From Felis catus (lineage: Eukaryota): a DNA stretch of 64,000 bases. Positions 36,750-48,830 of this stretch are shown here, in pieces (position 1 is the stretch's first letter; the number at the start of each line of letters is the position of its first letter). Location of the stretch: contig NC_058368.1 in the NCBI RefSeq assembly GCF_018350175.1, positions 149,112,001-149,176,000 on the forward strand. The letters are read 5' to 3'. The position numbers were made by a program, and so were the translations under genes. The notes under the pieces were generated by a model. The model was not told the origin of the DNA and ran no database searches. It saw nothing but the letters and a program-made list of their open reading frames with translations.

Positions 36750-38017
36750 TTTTAAATATATTTTTCTTAAATTTTTATTTTTATTTTTTTTTATGAAATT
36801 TATTGACAAATTGGTTTCCATACAACACCCAGTGCTCATCCCAAAAGGTGCCCTCCTCAATACCCATCACCCACCCTCTCCTCCCTCCCACCCCCCATCA
36901 ACTCTCAGTTCGTTCTCAGTTTTTAAGAGTCTCTTATGCTTTGGCTCTCTCCCACTCTAACCTGTTTTTTTTTCCTTCCCCTCCCCCATGGGTTCCTGTT
37001 AAGTTTCTCAGGATCCACATAAGAGTGAAACCATATGGTATCTGTCTTTCTCTGTATGGCTTATTTCACTTAGCATCACACTCTCCAGGATCTGTATGCT
37101 GAAAACTATAGAAAGCTTATGAAGGAAATTGAAGAAGATTTAAAGAAATGGAAAGACATTCCCTGCTCATGGATTGGAAAAATAAATATTGTCAAAATGT
37201 CAATACTACCCAAAGCTATCTACACATTCAATGCAATCCCAATCAAAATTGCACCAGCATTCTTCTCGAAACTAGAACAAGCAATCCTAAAATTCATATG
37301 GAACCACAAAAGGCCCCGAATAGCCAAAGGAATTTTGAAGAAGAAGACCAAAGCAGGAGGCATCACAATCCCAGACTTTAGCCTCTACTACAAAGCTGTC
37401 ATCATCAAGACAGTATGGTATTGGCACAAAAACAGACACATAGACCAATGGAATAGAATAGAAACCCCAGAACTAGACCCACAAACGTATGGCCAACTCA
37501 TCTTTGACAAAGCAGGAAAGAACATCCAGTGGAAAAAAGACAGCCTCTTTAACAAATGGTGCTGGGAGAACTGGACAGCAACATGCAGAAGGTTGAAACT
37601 AGACCACTTTCTCACACCATTCACAAAAATAAACTCAAAATGGATAAAGGACCTAAATGTGAGACAGGAAACCATCAAAACCCTAGAGGAGAAAGCAGGA
37701 AAAGACCTCTCTGACCTCAGCCGTAGCAATCTCTTACTCGACACATCCCCAAAGGCAAGGGAATTAAAAGCAAAAGTGAATTACTGGGACCTTATGAAGA
37801 TAAAAAGCTTCTGCACAGCAAAGGAAACAACCAACAAAATTTTTATTTATTTTTGAGAGAGAGAGAGACAGTGCGAATGGGGGAGGAACAGAGAGACACA
37901 CACAGAATCTGAAGCAGGCTGCAGGCCCTGAGCCATGGGGCTTGAACTCATGAACCAAGAGATCATGACCTGAGCCAAGGTCAGTCACTTAACCGACTGA
38001 GCCACCCAGGCATCCCC
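36750..38017 (-). mobile_element. CAN-SINE (body 37849-38017, tail remnant 36750-36768) split by an L1
   Basis: 16-bp TSD cttgtgcatagctttt at 36734-36749 and 38018-38033. Confidence 0.93.
36781..37836 (-). mobile_element. Young 5'-truncated L1_Fc with 5' inversion (twin priming)
   Basis: 3' end and poly(A) on minus strand 36781-37088; ORF2 segment on plus strand 37089-37836; 12-bp TSD aaatttttattt at 36769-36780 and 37837-37848. Confidence 0.95.
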
Positions 38018-39849
38018 CTTGTGCATAGCTTTTAACACACCTGTTTCAAAGCCCTGCCCTTGAGCTACTGGATCACTTTGCCCTTCCTACTCAAAGAGCT
38101 AGAGGTGCCTGGGAAGGTTTTTTCAATGGTCCTACAGGGTGGTCTTAGCGAATAGTCAACTGGTACAGTTGACTGAAAGCCTAAGGGCCTTGCTTCAAAT
38201 CAAGACAAACCCTGAAGCATAAGTTTCATTCCAAAGTTCCTTGTGGGATCAGACTAAAAGCTGAGATTTTATGTGAAATTATACCCTTTTTTGATTTCCT
38301 TCACTTTTCTTTCTTGCCTTTTCTATTTCTTTGAGGATTTCTCCTGGAAGCATTTCCTTAATAAATCACTTGCACTAGCTCCTTGTCTTAGTGTCTGAGG
38401 CCTGAGAACCTTACTTAAGGAGAGATATGAAAATTTGAGTTGATTTCTGGTAACTTCATACATTTTCTTATATTAGTCATTTTTGTTGCATCTACCTACC
38501 TTGTTCTGATCTGTTTATAGTGAATATTAGTTAAAAAAATAAATAATGAAAACCAGAAGCCAGAAATCAGAGATATGGGGAAAGATTATACCATACTATG
38601 TACTCAATTTACATGAGAACTAGAGAAGGAAAGGTGGGAAAGTCAGAATCCAGAGAAAGTAGGGAGTTAACCAGAAAATGAAAAGTCATCTGGCTAAATG
38701 TGTAGGGCCTGCAGAGCAAAGAGAAGGACTGTGGACTTAGCTCAGGGTTGCAAATAATGTGGCTAAAGATTTAATTGGTTGGAGTTCAACCATGATCGTG
38801 ATAAAAGTTGGATCAAGGACAGATGATTTGCAGTATGGCAGAAATCAGTCATTTAGTGGCTTATCAGGAGCTCATAAAGATAATGTGTACATTATCTTCT
38901 AGATGTATGTATCTAGAAAAGAGCTAAGGGACATATATATATTTAACTGAAATGCTCCAAAATACCTATATTAAGTGGAATCACTTTTCCTAATTTCCAC
39001 CATATCTTTTTATCCCATATTTGAAACCTCTTCTTATTTTCTCTTTAGTTGAACACTCATGTTATTTATGTAACTTGATTTCACTAACATTTTTGGAGGC
39101 CAGCTAATATTAGAGGTGGTATGGGATAGGATGAAAATGGCAGAGTATGATAAACAATATAATCTTTATCAGATTTGAATCTCCTTACATTTCTAAGGCT
39201 ATCTCTGATGAGATGTATTTATTGTATAGATACTATTCTTTATTTGTTACAGGACTACAAAAAGTAGCTTGAAACAAATAAAGAGAAAAACTATCCAGGA
39301 GAGAGCAAGGTCAACTCATTGTCCTGACATTCTTGGGAGAAATACACCTTCTGAATGTTCTAAGAAAAGCACTGATATAGATATAGTTCCATCTAAACAG
39401 ATAGCACATCAGAGGCCAGAATATTTTATTACTACTACTGTTCTTCTAATTTGTCACCTCTGTTCTATAAATGCCTTGGAAATCAATTAATTTCCATTGG
39501 CTTGTTGGACATGATAGAGATGTTTTATGTATCTCATGCCAAAGAATTCACAATCAGGTTCTCAACATTTTGTAATCAGTTGTTCTGTTTAATTGATAGC
39601 ATTCATTTCAGGTATTGGTAAAACTGTATTTTCTAAGAAACATATATATTCAAAATATATTTAAGTTTTATATACTTTCAGTTTTAGGGATTTTCATACA
39701 TGATCAAAATTAAATATTCCATGTAAAAATATTGTTTCTATATGTAGGTTATAATGTTTAAGAGGACTGTCTCTAGCACATGAGTAATCATTTTCCTATG
39801 CAATTCATGATTACTATCTAGGAAGAATACAACCTATTAAGGAAGAGCT

Positions 39850-40260
39850 CCTTAAGCACTAATAATCAGTACCCTCCTTAATTAAAAATATTTTATGTAC
39901 TCAAAAAGTAAAGATAATACAAAATCAATAAGAAAATATTCAAATATAGAAAGGTATATAAAGTGAGAGATGAAAGACACTCCTCCCTCTAGAAATTAAT
40001 ACTGATAAATACTTAGAAATGTGTACTTCCGGGCAATTTTCCAAGTCTATGTGTGCATGATTTTAAATTATCCATGCTGTTCTAATGTTTACTGTTTTTA
40101 AAAATTAATAATGTATTGTGGCCATCAATCCATAATTATTATTATACATATAGGTTGAATGTCCCTTTAACAATTGCATAATACTTTATTCTGTCAAGGA
40201 ACAGTAATTGTTTAATCTTTTATTGGCAGCCTTCTAAATTATTTCCTATATTATTTTAAT
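39850..40260 (-). mobile_element. Ancient L1ME-like 3' relic
   Basis: ttaataatgtattgtggccatc...tttaacaattgcataatact pattern. Confidence 0.5.
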
Positions 40261-41499
40261 ATATATGTTCATGCTGGTGATGTAATATACAACATTATAA
40301 AAATAGTTAACACTGCTGTATGGTATATTTGAAAGTTGTTAAGAGAGTAGTCCTAAATTTCACATCACTAGGTAAAAAGCATTTTTTCGTATCGTAAAAA
40401 TTTATTTGGTTATAGATCTATATTATCTTTTTTTAGCTATGGAAAGAAAAAATATTACTTTTCGTTATATATATCATTACAGTTAAATAAAGCAAAAGAG
40501 CAAATGATTTCTAAAGACTCTTGTTCAAGGAGAGTAACAACAGATTTTCTGCAAGATCATAATCTTCTAAATATGTTTATCTCACTAAGTACTATGATTC
40601 ACATATCTCTTGGGTAGTGCACTTACTTATAATGAAGAATAAATCAGGTTAAAATTACTGTAAATCAAGTTTCTGCAGATGGATTTCTCTAGCTTTAGAG
40701 ATGCTAATATGAGCACCTGCTTCATTTTATCATGATGGTTTGAGTTAATCTACAGATGTTATTTTTCCACTGAATACTATTTGGGAAATGATTGTGATTG
40801 GAAGATTGTCACTTTGACATTGGAGACGCCACACTACCTGTTTGCTAGAGGAATGCACAAAGGAATATTTTCCTTTGAAAGAACAGCCACATAATACACT
40901 AAAAAGCCTCAATGCAAGAGTAATAAATCATACTTTTTGCTAAATTGAAATACATAAGAGACTATGAAAGCCATTTTTAAAAAAATTGCACAGAATTTAA
41001 AAAAGAGGATTAATGTTAAAAATAAGTTAAAATCAATAGGAAAGCAAATATTGGGGATAAATATTTTTTATTATTATCATTTTGTGTTGCTTTTAGAAAG
41101 ATTCAATATAGGGGGAAAACTCCATCTAAATTTTTCCTTAAATCAACCATGTTTCCCAAAGAAAGTCAAAATATATCAAAGAAATGATGTCAAAATGATT
41201 CACTGCATGGATTTTTTTCATGTTTAGTAGAAGATGAATACTAGAAATTTAGAAATTTTATACATAATTCCGTAACCATAGATCAGCCTTAAGGAATCTT
41301 CAAATGTTTCTTAATCTTTGAATATGTTATTTCAATCAAAGCCTTAATAAGAAAAACAATTATTTGCCTTAAATATGAACAAGTCCATGACTAAATGAGA
41401 TAATTGCCAATATTCAAATGTAGCCTATGTATCCAGTTTAATGAACATGGAAGCCTCATTATAGAAGACACATGTATATTCCTTTAGTACCCTTCTACA

Positions 41500-42740
41500 T
41501 ATAGTTGGAAGGCTTTCCTTTTGTTTATTTTATATTCATTTAAAAATATCTGTATGTGTGTACAATCTTAACACATAGAAATATTGACACTCTGAACCAC
41601 ATTTAATTTATACTCTATCTGAACTACATTCATGCATATGATGTGAAGTACAGATTAAACTCTTTTATTTTTAATGAAGATATTCATTTGATTCGGAACA
41701 ATTTATTGAAAAGAATATTAGTTTTCCCTGTGCCACAGTGTCAGTTCTATGATTTATATGATTCTAAATGTGCGTACCTATTTCTGAATTTCTTATAGTT
41801 TCATCTGTTCACCTATCCTTTCACTAATACCACAATATCTTAATTATTTATAATAATTCATAAAATCTGTTAATATAAATTCTTCAAATTTATTTGCTTT
41901 TTTTCAAGATGTTTTTAATCATTCTAAATCCTTCAACTCTATATCACCTGGTCAATTTGCATACAAAAAAATACTTGCTGGAAATTTGATTAACGTTGTG
42001 TGGAACTATGGATCAATTTGTGAAATTTTTACCTCTTTACAGTATTTAATTTACTACTCTATAGCCATGATGCATACCTCTAATTTGTCTGATTTGATTT
42101 TTCTATGCACACAATAATATCATCCGAAAATAATAACCATTTTTCTTCTTTATACCTCAGTTTTTTGACATGTTATACTTGGTAAGACCTACTGTACACT
42201 ATTGTGAAGAAGTGTTGATAACAAACATTCTTGCCTCCTCCCAGACTCCATGGGCAAGATGTCAATATTTTATTATTCAGTGTAGTATTTGGCACAGAAT
42301 TTTTGTAGACATTCTTTATTAAATTAAGGAAGTTTCCTGTTACAGAAAAACTTTGGATTGTGAATAACTTGTTCTGTGAATGTTCCACAAGATGAACAAA
42401 CATTTCTTATAAATTTTAACTTTATAAATGAGCAATGTCTTGCAATACGAGTGGTATGCAGTGCTGAATGTCACATGACTACAACTGAGCCAGTGGTTCT
42501 TGAAATTCACTTTGATATACAAGTGCTTTGGATTACAAGCATGTTTCCAGAATGAATTATGCTCACATACCAAGGTTTTACTGTATATATAATTTGATAA
42601 GAGTTTTTTCAAGTGAGTATTGATTTATATTAAAAGCTCATTCTGTATCTACTGAGATAATCATAGCTTTCTTCTTCACTCTGTTAATTTGTTCACTTAC
42701 ATTAATTGATAGTCAAATGCTAAATTCAACATGCATTCTT
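41500..42740 (-). mobile_element. Ancient L1 ORF2 relic (resumes at about 45245-45420)
   Basis: aatttattgaaaaga, ctttattaaattaaggaagtttcct, tctgtatctactgagataatcata. Confidence 0.8.
42343..42583. mobile_element. Tc1/mariner-Tigger-type MITE, 241 bp
   Basis: Imperfect TIRs cagaaaaactttggattgtga / cagtaaaaccttggtatgtga (revcomp); TA on both sides. Confidence 0.85.
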
Positions 42741-45240
42741 CAAGAGTGGATGTTATCAAAACGGTGATATAGGTCATTTCCAGCTTCAGTCTCTCTCACA
42801 AGACCAACTAGCAGCTATCCATAAACAAGACTCCATTGTGAAAATCTCAGAACCCAAAACTCTCCTGGACAACCAAGATACCAAGGAAGACTTAACTAGA
42901 AGGTAATAGGAGTGGTTTCATCTTGATTATACTGCCCCTCCCCCAGGGCAACTCAGTGCCACACTATGCCATCATTATTGTTTCTCTAGTGGAAAAGAAA
43001 ACCCAGTGTGGACATCCAGCTTCTCCAGTGTCCTGGGGAACTTCCTGGGAAGTTCACTGGCATCTTACCTCTTGGAAATTCCTGCAGAGCTCAACCAGGG
43101 GGATCAGACAGAGATAAGGGAGGTGCAACTTACAGCAAACAGTGTTCAGATCTTGGTTGACTGCCTTCATCTTTACAGCAGCACCCCTGAGCAGAGATCC
43201 CAGCCAACAGTTCTGCCTTGCTACAGAACCAAGTCAGTAGCCTTGTTTGACCAGGGAGTTTGGTTGGCAGTTCAGCCCGATTTGGAACCCCAACCAGTGT
43301 ACCATACAGGCCTTGAAACTCACTCGATGGCTCTACACAGCCAGGAAGAAAACTCGTAGACCCACCCAATTGCTTAGTATAGCCTCTGGTCATACCCCTC
43401 TAGGAAGCAAGGCCACAGATGCCCAACAGCCACAGAGTACACCTATGACTTGCCTGGGCAAAGAGCCAAGCCACTTTCCTACTCAACTGTTGAGCATAGC
43501 CTCTGGACCCAAATATCTAGGAACCTGAACATTGACCCTGATACTTGGAGCCCAGCCTATGGTACCACTCAGCCATGGAGCCCAGCCTACAACTCGTCTT
43601 ATCAGTGGAACACAGCATATAGTCTGTCTCAACTGTTGAACATGGCTGGAAGCCTTTCCCAGGTAGAGAGCGTAGTCTGTGACCCCAGCCAATCACAGAG
43701 ACTAGTGTGGGCCCCACCTGACCAGGAAGTTGGGACAGTGACTCTGCCTAACTGTTAAGCACAATCCCTAGCCTACCCAACTATGGGGTAGTGCTGGAGG
43801 CCTTGCCCAACCAGAAAGTGTATGCTGCAACCTCACCCAACAGCAGAACCCTGCCTGTAGAGTCCTATAGCACCATTTGGTTGGGAAGCACAGCTTGGGA
43901 CCCCACTCAAATGGGAGTAATTGAGGAGCACAATCCCCAGAACTGACCAGATACAGAATCCAACCAGTGGTACTACACTCCCAGGAAAGACAGCCTGCAA
44001 CCCCACTTGCCCAGAGGTGATTCCGCTAAATTAAAAGGCAATATATGAAATAGGAGAAAATATTTGCAAACCATCTATCTGATAAAGGGTTAGTATCCAG
44101 AATATATAAAGAACTCATACAATTCAATAGCATAAAAAACTGAACAATCTGATTTTAAAATAGACAAAAAATTTGGATAAACATTTCTCTAAAGACCTAC
44201 AAATGGCCAGTAGATACATGAAAAGGTGTTCAACATCACAGTCATCAAGGAAATCAAAACCAAAATGCGCCATCACTTCATACCTGTTAGAATGGCTATT
44301 ATTAAAAAGATAAGAGATAATAGGTGTTGGAGAGGATGTGGAGAAAAGAGAACTCTTGTGCAGTATTGCTGGGAATGTAAAGATGTATAGCTGTAACAGT
44401 GGAAAACAGTATGGAGGCTCCTCAAAAACAAAAACAAAAACAAAATGAAGACAGAACTACCATATGATTCAGCACTCCCACTGCTGGGTATATATTCAAA
44501 GGATATATGTTTGTGGTAACATTACTTATCATAGCCAAGACATGAAAACAACTAAGTTTTCTCTTGAAAGAACATAGATGAAACTTTAGAACATTGTACT
44601 AAGGGAAATAAGTTGGAGAAAGATGATCACTATTTAATCTCACTTATGTGATGAGTATTAGAAGAAATTGAACACATAGAAACAGTGAGTAGGGGTCGCC
44701 GGGTGATTCAGTAGGTTAAACAACCGACTCTTAATTTAGGCTCAAGTCATTATCTTACAATTCGTGAGATGAAGTCCTACATTGGGCTTCTTGCTGACAG
44801 TGCAGAGCCTGCTTGGTATTGTCTCTCTCCCTCTCACTCTCTGTCTCTCTGCTCCTCCCCACACCCCCCCTCAAAAGTAAATAAACTTAAAAAAAAGAAA
44901 AGAAAAGAAAAGAAACAGTGAGTGTATTGGTGGTTTCCAGGAACAAGGGAGTAAGGGAAATGAGTGAAGGGTCCAGGTATAAGAAGAATGAATTCTGATG
45001 ACCTAATGTACAGCCAGGGACTGCATTTATCAATACTGTATTATACACGTGAAAGTTGCTAAGAGAATAGATCTTAATAGTTGTAATTGTACACACAAAT
45101 AAATGATTTCTATGTCAGGTGATAAATGTGGTAACCATTATTGTTGTAATCATTTCCCAATATAGATGTATTGCCACACTGTACATCTTAAACTTACACA
45201 GTAGTATATGTCAATTAGATCTCAGCAAAGCTGGAAAAAA
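42741..45240 (+). mobile_element. Old L1 (L1MA9/L1M2-3-like): repeat-containing 5'UTR joined at about 44025 to the ORF2 3' end and 3'UTR
   Basis: 5' motif accaactagcagctatcc...ttgtgaaaatctcagaac; from 44030 aaaaggcaa...tatttgcaaaccatctatctgataaaggg; ends ctcagcaaagctggaaaaaa. Confidence 0.75.
44691..44910 (+). mobile_element. CAN-SINE inserted in L1
   Basis: TSD agaaacagtgagt at 44678-44690 and 44911-44923. Confidence 0.93.
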
Positions 45241-45468
45241 CCCCATATATCCCTGAAATAAGCCTCCTTGTTTATGATATTTTTTTTCCTTTTTATATGG
45301 TACAGAATTTGGTTGCTTTTGCTTAGGATTTGGTTTTGTTAAAATATTCTGTGGGCTTATTAATGAGAGACAAAAGCCTATAAATGACCTTTTTTATAAT
45401 ATAGTTTTCCTGTTCCATATCTTCTCAGAAGTTGGATATTACAAACACATTTAAAATTACCATTCACT

Positions 45469-45716
45469 GGGGTGCCTGGGTGGCTCAGTCGGTTAAGCGT
45501 CTGGCTTCAGCTCAGGTCATGATCTTGCGGTTTGTGAGTTCAAGCCCCGCATCGGGCTCTGTGCTGACAGCTCAGAGCCTGGAGCCTGCTTCCGTTTCTG
45601 TGTCTCCCTCTCTCTCTGCCCCTCCCCTGTTCACGCTCTGTCTCTTAATAGCAAATAAAAGTTTAAAAATAAATGAATAAAATAATAAAATAAAATAAAA
45701 TAAAATAAAATAAAAT
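45469..45716 (+). mobile_element. CAN-SINE with (TAAAA)n tail
   Basis: 16-bp TSD aaaattaccattcact at 45453-45468 and 45717-45732. Confidence 0.97.
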
Positions 45717-45739
45717 AAAATTACCATTCACTATAAAAA

Positions 45740-45930
45740 CCTTTGTTGACAGCCCATTATATGCCAGGCACTAAAGCGAGAGTTTCACATTTAATAACAC
45801 ATTTACATCTCACAATAACATTATGAAGTAAATAGTTTTAGTATCCTTGCTTTAATAAGAGGAAAACATTAAGTAAAACTGTCCTAGGACTGCACAGCCC
45901 ATAGGTGGTGGAGCCAGCTCTTGAAAGAAC
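45740..45930 (-). mobile_element. MIR SINE
   Basis: tatgccaggcact...tctcacaataacattatgaagta...gaggaaa. Confidence 0.65.
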
Positions 45931-47204
45931 ACTGTCATTGACATCATGTCTGGGCACACAGTAGAGTAGGCATAATATAATGTAAACCTACATGTCACGA
46001 AGGGGAAGAAGGAAAGTGAGAGAAAGGAAAGAGAAAGGATGGAAAATAAGTGATTAATAATAGTTCAGCTTTTTCAAAGTAAAAGATGCAAAATGCTCAC
46101 AAATTGTAAGCAATATTTCACAAATGACCTAAACTATATACACATAAACAATGACTTTTACCCTAATTACCACTATTTACTTATCACTTATGGTTATACA
46201 AAATTTATGATGTTTTAGCTGTTTACATTAATGCCTTAGTAGTTCACACTAACTCAAATTGAAGAAGTTGGCAATTGAGAAAAAAAATAGTACAGTGTAG
46301 AAAGTTTTCAACAAGTTCATCTTTCCGATATGTCCTGGGTCTATCTGGATGCTTTCAATTTGTTTGTTTGTTTTCATATCCTTGTCTTATTTCACTCAAC
46401 AGAGAATATGTTTATTTTATGGGGGAGATTTTGCCTTCCTTAATGGTATTCAGTATTTGCCTCACTTAAAGTAGTACCCCTTAAAAATAAACCCCCCAAA
46501 AAAGAGAGATTTAATGAATTTTAATTAAAATTGTACAACAGGTTATTGTACTGAACACTAATTATTTTTAAAAATTACATATATGTGTACAATTTATTTT
46601 CGGTAATTTTCAAAACTATAGGACTCAAGAATTAAGTGTTTTGAGCATGGGAAGTTATATAAAGGTTTCTGTTAAGATGATAACTTTTCTTTAGCATGTA
46701 TGCAATTTGAAAATAAAAATAACTCTCACATCTTAAGAAAATATGTACAAGGTGAAGTTCCCCACAATTCCAATATCTTTTACAACAAAATACCAAATTT
46801 AACAACTCATTTGTAGGTAATGGGAAAATGTTAAATGAGCTTCCAGTACCTTTTTTTTTTTTTTTTTGGTACTCTTTGATTAACTAAGTGCAATTCATTT
46901 AAGAAAAAACAATTTAAAGTGCGTGTTTGTTTCTACCCTCAAAACTAATTCAAGAAAGCCACATTTACAATTTGGTGTACTCCTGTACCAGTTTCACTAC
47001 GATCGGTCCCAGACAACCAGGATTGGAGTCCTGGTCCTGCTACTTACTATTGGTCAGACCCTGAGCAATTTCTTGTAACTATTCTCAGCTTGTTCTTGCC
47101 TGTAACATGGGATTTAATACCTCCCTAGGCATGGTTGATGTGGAGAGGAGGTGCTCTTGATATTACCCATTTCCTAGCAGGAACTCTTGCACCTTCAGAG
47201 AGTG

Positions 47205-47830
47205 AGTGTGAGGCAATATTGTGGAGAAGTTAAATGCCAATCTGGCATCACACTGCCTAGGTTTATAGAAGACTTCTATATCTCCTGACTAAATGACCTT
47301 GGGCAAGCCACTTCATCTCCCTAGGCCCGAGTTTCGTTATCTTTAAAATAAGGATAATAATTCTGCATATATTTTGGTGGATGTTCTGATGTTTAAACAA
47401 AATAATGTATGTGTAGCATTGTTAAATTAATTCTAAGGAGGCCATTAGACTGAGGTAGTTTTAATGCCATAACAGTCTATGTTAGCAAATCCCAAAACCT
47501 ACGCCCGTAAATGCCTCAAGGTTAAAATATCAAAACATAAGTACTCGATTACAAACAGCCAACTAGACTTTCCCAAGTAATGCAAGCACTCAAGTCACAG
47601 CCAACCAAATAATCTTGCTTTGCTTCCTCCTTTTCTCCATGGAAGTCTTTCCTCCAGCTCCTATGGGTGGAGTACTTACTCCTAACCAGTTCTGGCATGT
47701 GCTGCCTGATTGAAAATGAATGTTGGCTCAAATAGACTTTCAAAGTTTTTAATATGCCTCACTTTACCTTTTGACAGCACTGAGCAAAATTTCTTGCACA
47801 CAGAAGTGTTCAATGAATGTTAGTTGTTAC
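47205..47830 (+). mobile_element. MIR SINE split by a solo LTR
   Basis: tgaccttgggcaagccacttcatctccct...aaaataaggataataa; 3' end resumes after 47776. Confidence 0.8.
47420..47776 (+). mobile_element. ERV1-type solo LTR (MER34/carnivore LTR-like)
   Basis: TG...CA ends, 4-bp TSD gcat/gcac, 357 bp. Confidence 0.85.
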
Positions 47831-48003
47831 TATTCCCTCTTCAAGTTTTAGGGGTAGGAATTGAGCAAACTGCCATTATTTATGCATTCAAAATCTAAAC
47901 CAGGAAAATAGTTGGAGACATTAATTCTGTAAAATCATCACATTTTTACCTTGTAATATTAGATTTATTGTATTTTGTATCTTGGTGAAATTAAATTAAT
48001 TTT

Positions 48004-48381
48004 TAATTTTTTTTTAATTTTATTTAAATTCAAGTTAGTTAACATACAGTTAGTATTGGTTCAGGAGTAGAACCCAGTGATTTATCACTTACATAAAATA
48101 TCCAGTGCTCATCCCAAGTGCCCTCCTTAATGCCCATCACCCATTTAGCCCATCCCCCACCCAACATCCCTCCAGCACCCCTCAGATTGTTCTCTGTATT
48201 TAAGTCTCTTATAGTTTGCCTCCCTTTGTCTTTCTATCTTATTTTTCCTTCCCTTCCCCCGTGTTCATCTGTTGTGTTTCTTACATTCCATATATGAGTG
48301 AAATCATATGATATTTATCTTTCTTGATTTATTTCACTTAGCTTAATACACTCTAGTTCCATCCACATTGTTGCAAATGGC
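48004..48381 (-). mobile_element. 5'-truncated carnivore L1 3' end
   Basis: Poly-T, aaattcaagttagttaacatacag...gttgcaaatggc; TSD-like aattaa[t/c]ttt. Confidence 0.92.
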
Positions 48382-48608
48382 AATTAACTTTAAAAGTGTT
48401 AAGATAGGAAAAATATTTTAAAGATATATGTATTAAGAAAAAGAAAGGCAAAAAAATCAATCCTACATTTTATTTGTTAGTGAATGTTTCCTAGGTATTT
48501 TATTGCCTTAGGTAATAGGTAAAAACAATTGAAATAACTTTTAAAATGCTGGGATCATTCTAATTAAAGTGAATGCCATCGAATAAAGGTAGGAAAGTGG
48601 AATATTGA

Positions 48609-48830
48609 TTTTTTTTGCTGTTTATTTTGAGTTTTTTTTAGAGAGTGAGAGATAGTGCACTCTCTCGAGATGGGGAGGGACAGAGAGAGACGGGGAGAGA
48701 GAGAGAATCTCGAGCAGGCTCCACACTGTCAGCGCAGAGCCCTATGCAGGGCTCCATCCCATAAACCATGAGATCATGACCTGAGCCAAAACCAAGAGTC
48801 AGACACCTGACTGAGCCACCCAGGCACCCC
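48609..48830 (-). mobile_element. CAN-SINE
   Basis: Reverse head ctgagccacccaggcacccc. Confidence 0.93.

Larger units (their letters stand above)
36676..38420 (+). mobile_element. LTR16-like ERVL solo LTR split by a SINE and an L1
   Basis: 3' part ttcaaatcaagacaaaccctgaag...catttccttaataaatcacttgcac...gagaacc; 5' boundary approximate. Confidence 0.7.

Noticed and set aside
37119..37856. 245-aa intact ORF as a host gene
   Set aside because: It is the inverted L1 ORF2 fragment, with no promoter or catalytic domains
39253..39490. Plus-strand acceptor followed by a ~78-codon open frame
   Set aside because: No convincing donor, no recognisable protein and no supporting neighbouring exons
43006..43758. 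Cluster of overlapping ORFs with periodic repeats (CRISPR-like or novel repeat protein)
   Set aside because: Degenerate tandem array in an old L1 5'UTR; no constant repeat-spacer structure, and the context is mammalian
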